Origin: Chloroflexota bacterium
GTDB lineage: Bacteria; Chloroflexota; Limnocylindria; Limnocylindrales; CSP1-4
Assembly (NCBI GenBank): GCA_029778235.1
Contig: JAKOQS010000168.1
Span: 7,690-71,689, forward strand
Direction: 5' to 3'
DNA: 64,000 nt
Shown here: positions 59,091 to 64,000 of the stretch, piece after piece
Position numbering within the stretch: position 1 is the stretch's first letter
Layout of the letters: every line of letters starts with the position of its first letter
Translations under genes and position numbers: made by a program
The notes under the pieces: model-generated
Databases searched by the model: none
Seen by the model: only the letters and a program-made list of their open reading frames with translations
What the model was told of the DNA's origin: nothing

Positions 59091-59383
59091 GCGGCAGGCG
59101 GGCCCTCGCGCGCCGACGTCGCCCCGGCAGCCGCTCGCCGGGGGTCCGTGAGCGCCCGTCGCGGCCCTGACGCCCGGCACGGGGGCGACGTGCCGGTCGG
59201 CCCCGGCGCCCCGCCCGGACGGCCCTGCCTCCGTGCCCACCACGCCCCCATATACTCGGCCGCATAAGAGGACGCGCAGGCCTCCCGGCGGACACGTGGA
59301 GGTCGGCGTGGGTGTCGGCCGTCCCCCCGACGGCCCGTAGCCACGTGTCCCGGCAGGGCACGTGACGGGAGGTTCCCCTCTCC

Positions 59384-60649
59384 ATGACCACGGAAAAGGG
59401 CGCCGCGACGCTCAACGCGTGGGCCGTCGCCCAGCACCAGTTCGACCTCGCGGCCGAGAAGCTCGGCCTCGACCCGGGCATGCGCAAGGTCCTCCGTGAG
59501 CCCCGGCGCGAGCTCACCGTGCACTTCCCGGTGCACATGGACGATGGCTCGGTCCAGGTCTACACGGGCTACCGCGTCCAGCACAACCTGAGCCGCGGCC
59601 CGGCCAAGGGCGGGATCCGGTACCACCAGGACGTCACCCTCGACGAGGTCAAGGCCCTCGCGATGTGGATGACCTGGAAGTGCGCCGTCGTGGGCATCCC
59701 GTACGGCGGTGGCAAGGGCGGCGTCGTCGTCGACCCGAAGAAGCTCTCGGCCAAGGAAGTGGAGGCCCTGAGCCGCCGCTACTTCACCGAGATCTCGATC
59801 CTCATCGGCCCGGAGCGCGACATCCCGGCGCCGGACGTGAACACGACGCCCCAGATCATGTCGTGGTTCATGGACACGTACTCGATGCACGTCGGGTACA
59901 CGGTCCCGGCCGTCGTGACCGGCAAGCCGATCAGCCTCGGCGGCTCCGAGGGACGCAATGAGGCCACGGCCCGCGGCTGCGTCTACACGATCGTGGACGC
60001 CGCCCCGCGGCTCGGCATCGACCTCAAGAAGGCGACCGTCGCCGTCCAGGGCTTCGGCAACGCCGGCCGCATCGCCGCCGAGCTCATGGTCGAGGAAGGC
60101 TCCACGGTCATCGCCGTGAGCGACTCGACCGGCGGGATCTTCAAGGCCGACGGCCTCGACATCGCGAGGGTGGGGGCCTGGAAGAAGGAGCACGGCACCG
60201 TCGTCGGCTTCCCCGGCGCGAAGGAGATCTCGAACGCCGAGGTGCTCGAGGTCGAGTGCGACATCCTCATCCCCGCCGCCCTCGAGAACCAGATCACCGG
60301 CCAGAACGCCGGCCGGATCAAGGCCAAGGTCGTCGCCGAGGCCGCCAACGGCCCGACGACCCCCGAGGCGGACGAGATCCTCTACGAGAAGGGCGTCTTC
60401 CTCATCCCGGACATCCTGTGCAACGCCGGCGGCGTCACCGTCAGCTACTTCGAGTGGGTCCAGGACCTCAACCGGGACCACTGGAGCGAGGCGGTCGTCA
60501 ACGCGAAGCTCAAGGAGATCATGGACCGCGCCTTCTTCGAGACGGTCGCCGTCTCGGAGCGCGAGAAGGTGAACATGCGGACCGCCGCGTACCTCCTCGC
60601 GGTCAAGCGCGTCGCCGATGCCACCGGGATGCGCGGCCTCTATCCGTAG
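59384..60649 (+). CDS. gdhA: Glutamate dehydrogenase (Glu/Leu/Phe/Val dehydrogenase family)
   Basis: GPAKGGIRYH, the catalytic-Lys region PYGGGKGGV, the dinucleotide fold VAVQGFGNAG, and NAGGVTVSYFEWVQ. Confidence 0.95.
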   Translation: MTTEKGAATLNAWAVAQHQFDLAAEKLGLDPGMRKVLREPRRELTVHFPVHMDDGSVQVYTGYRVQHNLSRGPAKGGIRYHQDVTLDEVKALAMWMTWKCAVVGIPYGGGKGGVVVDPKKLSAKEVEALSRRYFTEISILIGPERDIPAPDVNTTPQIMSWFMDTYSMHVGYTVPAVVTGKPISLGGSEGRNEATARGCVYTIVDAAPRLGIDLKKATVAVQGFGNAGRIAAELMVEEGSTVIAVSDSTGGIFKADGLDIARVGAWKKEHGTVVGFPGAKEISNAEVLEVECDILIPAALENQITGQNAGRIKAKVVAEAANGPTTPEADEILYEKGVFLIPDILCNAGGVTVSYFEWVQDLNRDHWSEAVVNAKLKEIMDRAFFETVAVSEREKVNMRTAAYLLAVKRVADATGMRGLYP

Positions 60650-60677
60650 GTCGTCGCCCCACCACCACGCTGCCCAT

Positions 60678-60713
60678 GCCGGCGGCCGGACCCTCCGGGG
60701 TCCGGCCGCCGGC
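60678..60713 (+). terminator. Perfect 16-bp stem hairpin GCCGGCGGCCGGACCC-TCCG-GGGTCCGGCCGCCGGC after gdhA
   Basis: Seen directly in the sequence, 29 nt after the stop, followed by tcgtctcc. Confidence 0.7.
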
Positions 60714-60761
60714 TCGTCTCCCGGCGAGGATGTGCGCGGGGACGTACGATCGGCACGCCCC

Positions 60762-62375
60762 ATGACCGATCGCGACCCCCTCCCGCGCCGTGCGTTCCTG
60801 CGCCTCGCCGCCGGTGCGGGGCTCGCGCTCGGTGCCGCCGCGCTGGCTGCCTGCGAAGCGCCGCGACCACCCGCATCTCCGGCCGCTTCGTCGCTGCCCG
60901 CGCGGAGCGCCCCGACGCCCTCCGCGGCGTCCGTGGCCACACCGGGGCCGTCCGCGGTCCCCGGGCCGATCGGGACTCCATCGGCGTCGGTCGTCGCCGA
61001 GAACAGCCTCCCGGGGAGCCCGGGATGGGACGCGGGGATCGGCCGGCCCTCGTCGCTCGAGGCGTTCGCGGCTCCCGCGTCCGTCGAGCCCGGCGAGCGC
61101 ATCGCGCTCCACGTGAGCTCCCCGTCCGCGTACGACGTGGACTGGTACCGGCTCGGCTGGTACGGCGGCGCAGGGGCGCGCCGGGTCCACCGCGACTCCC
61201 GTGTCCCGGCCTCCCCCGCCGGGACGCTGCGGACCGACCCGGCGACCGGGCTCGTCGAGGCCGTCTGGCCCGAGGGCGCGGCGATCACGGTGCCCGACGC
61301 GTGGCCCAGCGGGATGTACGTGGCCGTCGTTCGGCCGCGCGACGGCTCGGCGCCGCGCGGGGTCCCGTTCGTCGTCCGTGCGCCGCTGCGGGCGATGGCG
61401 CCGGCGCTTTTCCTCTCGGCGCACGCCACGTGGCAGGCGTACAACGCGTGGGGCGGGAAGAGCCTCTATTCGTACAACTCCCGCGGCGCGCCGACGCCCA
61501 CTGGGACCACGGCCGCGGCGGTCGTGAGCTTCGACCGGCCGTACGACGTGGACGGCGGCCTCGGCCACCTCCGCCGGTGGGAGGCCCAGTTCGTGCGCTG
61601 GCTGGAGCGCACGGGCCGGGCGGTCGACTACGCGACCGACGTCGACCTGGAGGTGCGGCCGGAGGTGCTCGCCGGCCGTCGCCTCGTCGTCCTCGCCGGC
61701 CACCCGGAGTACTGGTCGCGCCCGATGCGCGGGGCGATGGAGGCCGCGGTCGCCGCCGGGACGAATGCGGCGTTCTTCACCGGCAACGAGATGTACTGGC
61801 AGGTCCGCCTGGACGCGTCGCCCCTGGGTGCCGGCCGTCGCGTGACCTGCTACAAGTCCGCGCTCCGCGATCCGATCACGCGGTCCAGGCCGGAGCTCGC
61901 CACCTGCCGCTGGCGCGAGGCGCCCGTCCTCGCGCCCGAGGCGACCTTCCTCGGGGTCATGTACGGCCACGTCGTCGCGCGTCCGGCCGACTGGATCGTC
62001 GCGGGATCGAGCCACTGGCTCTACGAGGGGACGGGCCTCCGCGACGGCGACGCGATCGAAGCACTGGTGGGACAGGAATACGACGCCTGGTTCCCGGAGC
62101 TCGCGCCGGCGGGCACGGAGGTCGTCGCCCGGTCCCCCGTCCGCTTCCGCGGCCGCGACCCGGACGGGGAAGGGAACGTGGTGAGCCCGCCGGTCCACTC
62201 CGCGGCGATCCGCGACCCGGCCGGCGGCCGCGGCGGCCTCTTCGCGGCGGGCACCTTCCAGTGGTCATGGGCGCTCGACGCATACGGCCTGCGGTCGTTC
62301 AACGGCCGGCGCACGCCCCTCGACTCGCGGGTGGCACGCATCACGGCGAACGTCCTCGACCGCTTCTCGGCCTGA
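60762..62375 (+). CDS. Tat-secreted protein, N,N-dimethylformamidase beta-subunit-like (DUF6605-type) domain
   Basis: Twin-arginine signal PRRAFLRLAAGAGLALGAAALAAC. Core motifs: ATWQAYNAWGGKSLY, GHPEYWSRPMR, AFFTGNEMYWQVR. Confidence 0.75.
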   Translation: MTDRDPLPRRAFLRLAAGAGLALGAAALAACEAPRPPASPAASSLPARSAPTPSAASVATPGPSAVPGPIGTPSASVVAENSLPGSPGWDAGIGRPSSLEAFAAPASVEPGERIALHVSSPSAYDVDWYRLGWYGGAGARRVHRDSRVPASPAGTLRTDPATGLVEAVWPEGAAITVPDAWPSGMYVAVVRPRDGSAPRGVPFVVRAPLRAMAPALFLSAHATWQAYNAWGGKSLYSYNSRGAPTPTGTTAAAVVSFDRPYDVDGGLGHLRRWEAQFVRWLERTGRAVDYATDVDLEVRPEVLAGRRLVVLAGHPEYWSRPMRGAMEAAVAAGTNAAFFTGNEMYWQVRLDASPLGAGRRVTCYKSALRDPITRSRPELATCRWREAPVLAPEATFLGVMYGHVVARPADWIVAGSSHWLYEGTGLRDGDAIEALVGQEYDAWFPELAPAGTEVVARSPVRFRGRDPDGEGNVVSPPVHSAAIRDPAGGRGGLFAAGTFQWSWALDAYGLRSFNGRRTPLDSRVARITANVLDRFSA

Positions 62376-62629
62376 CGGTCGGGATGGCGGCGATCCCGGC
62401 GCCGTGCCACTGCACGGGCGGCCGGGTCGCGGGTGGTGGGCGGCGAGCCCGGCTGGAGCGGCGAGCACCCGCGCAAGCGCCGCCGGTGCGGCTCCGCCGC
62501 CCGGCTGGCGCCAGCGGCGCAGCCGCGGAGAGCCGGGCTCGCCGGCCGACAGGACCCGCCCGGCCGCCGACGTCCCGCCGCCGTCGGGCCGTCGTCGGGC
62601 CTCACGGGGCGCGGTGTACCATCGCGGCC

Positions 62630-63235
62630 ATGCTCGACCACGAAGAGAAGTTCCTGTTCAAGGAGGAGATCCTGCACCTCGGCGACGCGCTCGCCGACGG
62701 AGCGGTCCTCGACAACGTCGAGGACCTCCTGACCGACGTCATCACGAGCCCGCGGTTCGACTCGGAGGTCTTCACGCTGGAGCGCTCGCTCCAGGTCATG
62801 CTCGGCGCACGTGCGGGGACGACGCTCGTGGGCCTCCTGACGGTCGCGCCCGAGATCTTCGACGAGGTCGCAGAGGTCCGCATCCCGCCCGAGGTGCACG
62901 AGCGCCTGGTCGCCTGGCGGGCGCGGTTCGGGCTGGCGATCGACAACGCCCTGAACTTCCTGAACAACCCCGACGGGATCCAGGGCCACTCGTTCGCGAC
63001 CCAGGTCGCGCACGTGGAGGAGCGGCGGGTCCTGCAGGGGCGGCTGACGCTCGTCCGCTACAACAACGAGCCGCAGTTCTTCGTCGCGGACGCCGGCGTC
63101 TTCGTGGCGCTCGCCGCCGACATCCTCGAGCGGCTCGGCCCGTACCTGGAGCCGGACGCGGTCGAGCCGGAGTCGATCACGCGCCTCCACGAGGCGGTCG
63201 CGCTCATCGACCGCAAGACCGCCCGCCGCGACTGA
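62630..63235 (+). CDS. Hypothetical protein
   Basis: 201 aa with acidic, helical composition and high GC3. ATG lies 7 nt after TACCAT. Confidence 0.6.
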   Translation: MLDHEEKFLFKEEILHLGDALADGAVLDNVEDLLTDVITSPRFDSEVFTLERSLQVMLGARAGTTLVGLLTVAPEIFDEVAEVRIPPEVHERLVAWRARFGLAIDNALNFLNNPDGIQGHSFATQVAHVEERRVLQGRLTLVRYNNEPQFFVADAGVFVALAADILERLGPYLEPDAVEPESITRLHEAVALIDRKTARRD

Positions 63236-63251
63236 CGCCCGCTCGCTGCGC

Positions 63252-64000
63252 ATGCGCCAGATCTACCTCGCCGCCACCGGCCAGAACCGCGGCAAGACCA
63301 CCGTCAGCCTCGGGCTCCTGGCCGCGCTGCTCGACCGCGACCTCCACACCGGGTTCATCAAGCCCGTCGGCCAGCGCTACGCGTACCTCGACGGCGTCCC
63401 GGCGGACGAGGACGCCATCCTCATGAAGCACGTCTTCGGGCTGCCGGACCCTCCGTCGTCGCTGAGCCCCGTCCACATCCCGCGCGGGTTCACCAAGGCG
63501 TTCATCAACGGGGAGGTCGTCGAGGACCTGGGCGCCCGCATCCTGGTCGGGTACGACGCGGTGGCCCGGGGCCGCGACGTGGTGCTCGTCGAAGGCACGG
63601 GGCACGCCGGCGTGGGGTCGGTCGTGAACCTGTCGAACGCCGCCGTGGCGCGGATGCTCGGCGCCCGGGCGCTCATCGTGAGCGAGGCGGGCGTGGGCCG
63701 TCCGATCGACGAGATCGTGCTCAACCGGGCGCTCTTCGCCCGGCACGGAGTGGACGTGGTGGGCGCCGTCGTGAACAAGGTGGACCAGGAGACGCACCCC
63801 ACGCTGCACGGCATCCTGGAGAAGGGCCTCGAGCTCCACGGGATCGAGCTGCTCGGCGTCCTCCCGTACGTCCCCCTGCTGTCGAACCCCACGCTCGCCA
63901 TCCTCACCGAGCAGATGCAGGGCGAGCTGATCCACCCCGGGATCGACCTCGACCGGCCGGTGGAGGACGTGACCATCGCCGCGATGCGGGCGGAGCACGC
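63252..64000 (+). CDS. BioD-like / CobQ-type P-loop ATPase domain protein (phosphotransacetylase N-terminal-like); 3' end beyond the window
   Basis: Manual translation: MRQIYLAATGQNRGKTTVSLGLLAAL...GFIKPVGQ...VLVEGTGHAGVGS...VNKV. It is not in the ORF track because no stop occurs before the window edge. Confidence 0.75.
   Translation, partial: MRQIYLAATGQNRGKTTVSLGLLAALLDRDLHTGFIKPVGQRYAYLDGVPADEDAILMKHVFGLPDPPSSLSPVHIPRGFTKAFINGEVVEDLGARILVGYDAVARGRDVVLVEGTGHAGVGSVVNLSNAAVARMLGARALIVSEAGVGRPIDEIVLNRALFARHGVDVVGAVVNKVDQETHPTLHGILEKGLELHGIELLGVLPYVPLLSNPTLAILTEQMQGELIHPGIDLDRPVEDVTIAAMRAEH

Overview
This is a very GC-rich, Actinomycetota-like chromosomal window. I saw no rRNA, tRNA, CRISPR array, transposase or integrase. 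About 54 protein-coding genes can be supported. Most long ORFs in the six-frame track are Arg/Pro/Gly-rich shadow frames and were discarded.

Main blocks:
- **1-4.2 kb:** bioY, an FAD-linked oxidase, a Zn-alcohol dehydrogenase and an EamA transporter.
- **4.7-10.2 kb, minus strand:** a group 3b-type [NiFe]-hydrogenase operon. It carries a maturation protease, a stand-alone cNMP-binding protein, a fused beta-gamma diaphorase subunit, and the small and large subunits.
- **12.6-21.9 kb:** a translationally coupled four-gene nuclease/helicase module: NERD-SF1 helicase, UvrD helicase with a Cas4/AddB-type Fe-S nuclease, SbcD-like, and a hook-less SbcC-like ATPase. This is my best candidate for an undescribed system, either a non-canonical end-resection machine or a defence module.
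- **22-26 kb:** an accessory patch right after that module. It holds an orphan AbrB-type antitoxin, an RHH-MazF pair with operator repeats, a lower-GC secreted protein, a decayed RelE/ParE remnant, and a zinc-ribbon gene with odd 5' and 3' ends.
- **31.8-38.8 kb:** a DeoR / BtpA(SgcQ) / metallophosphoesterase / FGGY-kinase / sugar-isomerase operon, divergent from an APC permease. The substrate is unknown.
- **38.9-64 kb:** housekeeping genes, including a DUF255 thioredoxin-fold protein, DoxX, Lhr-Nei, a class II amidotransferase, MFS transporters, GT87, an M20 peptidase, a Rid-family protein, AzlCD, GGT, DegV, glutamate dehydrogenase, a DMFase-like secreted protein and a BioD-like ATPase cut by the window edge.

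Many genes have a TAnnnT -10 hexamer 6-9 nt upstream of the start codon, which suggests leaderless mRNAs.

All family assignments rest on motif recognition in the translated ORFs. No database search was possible.
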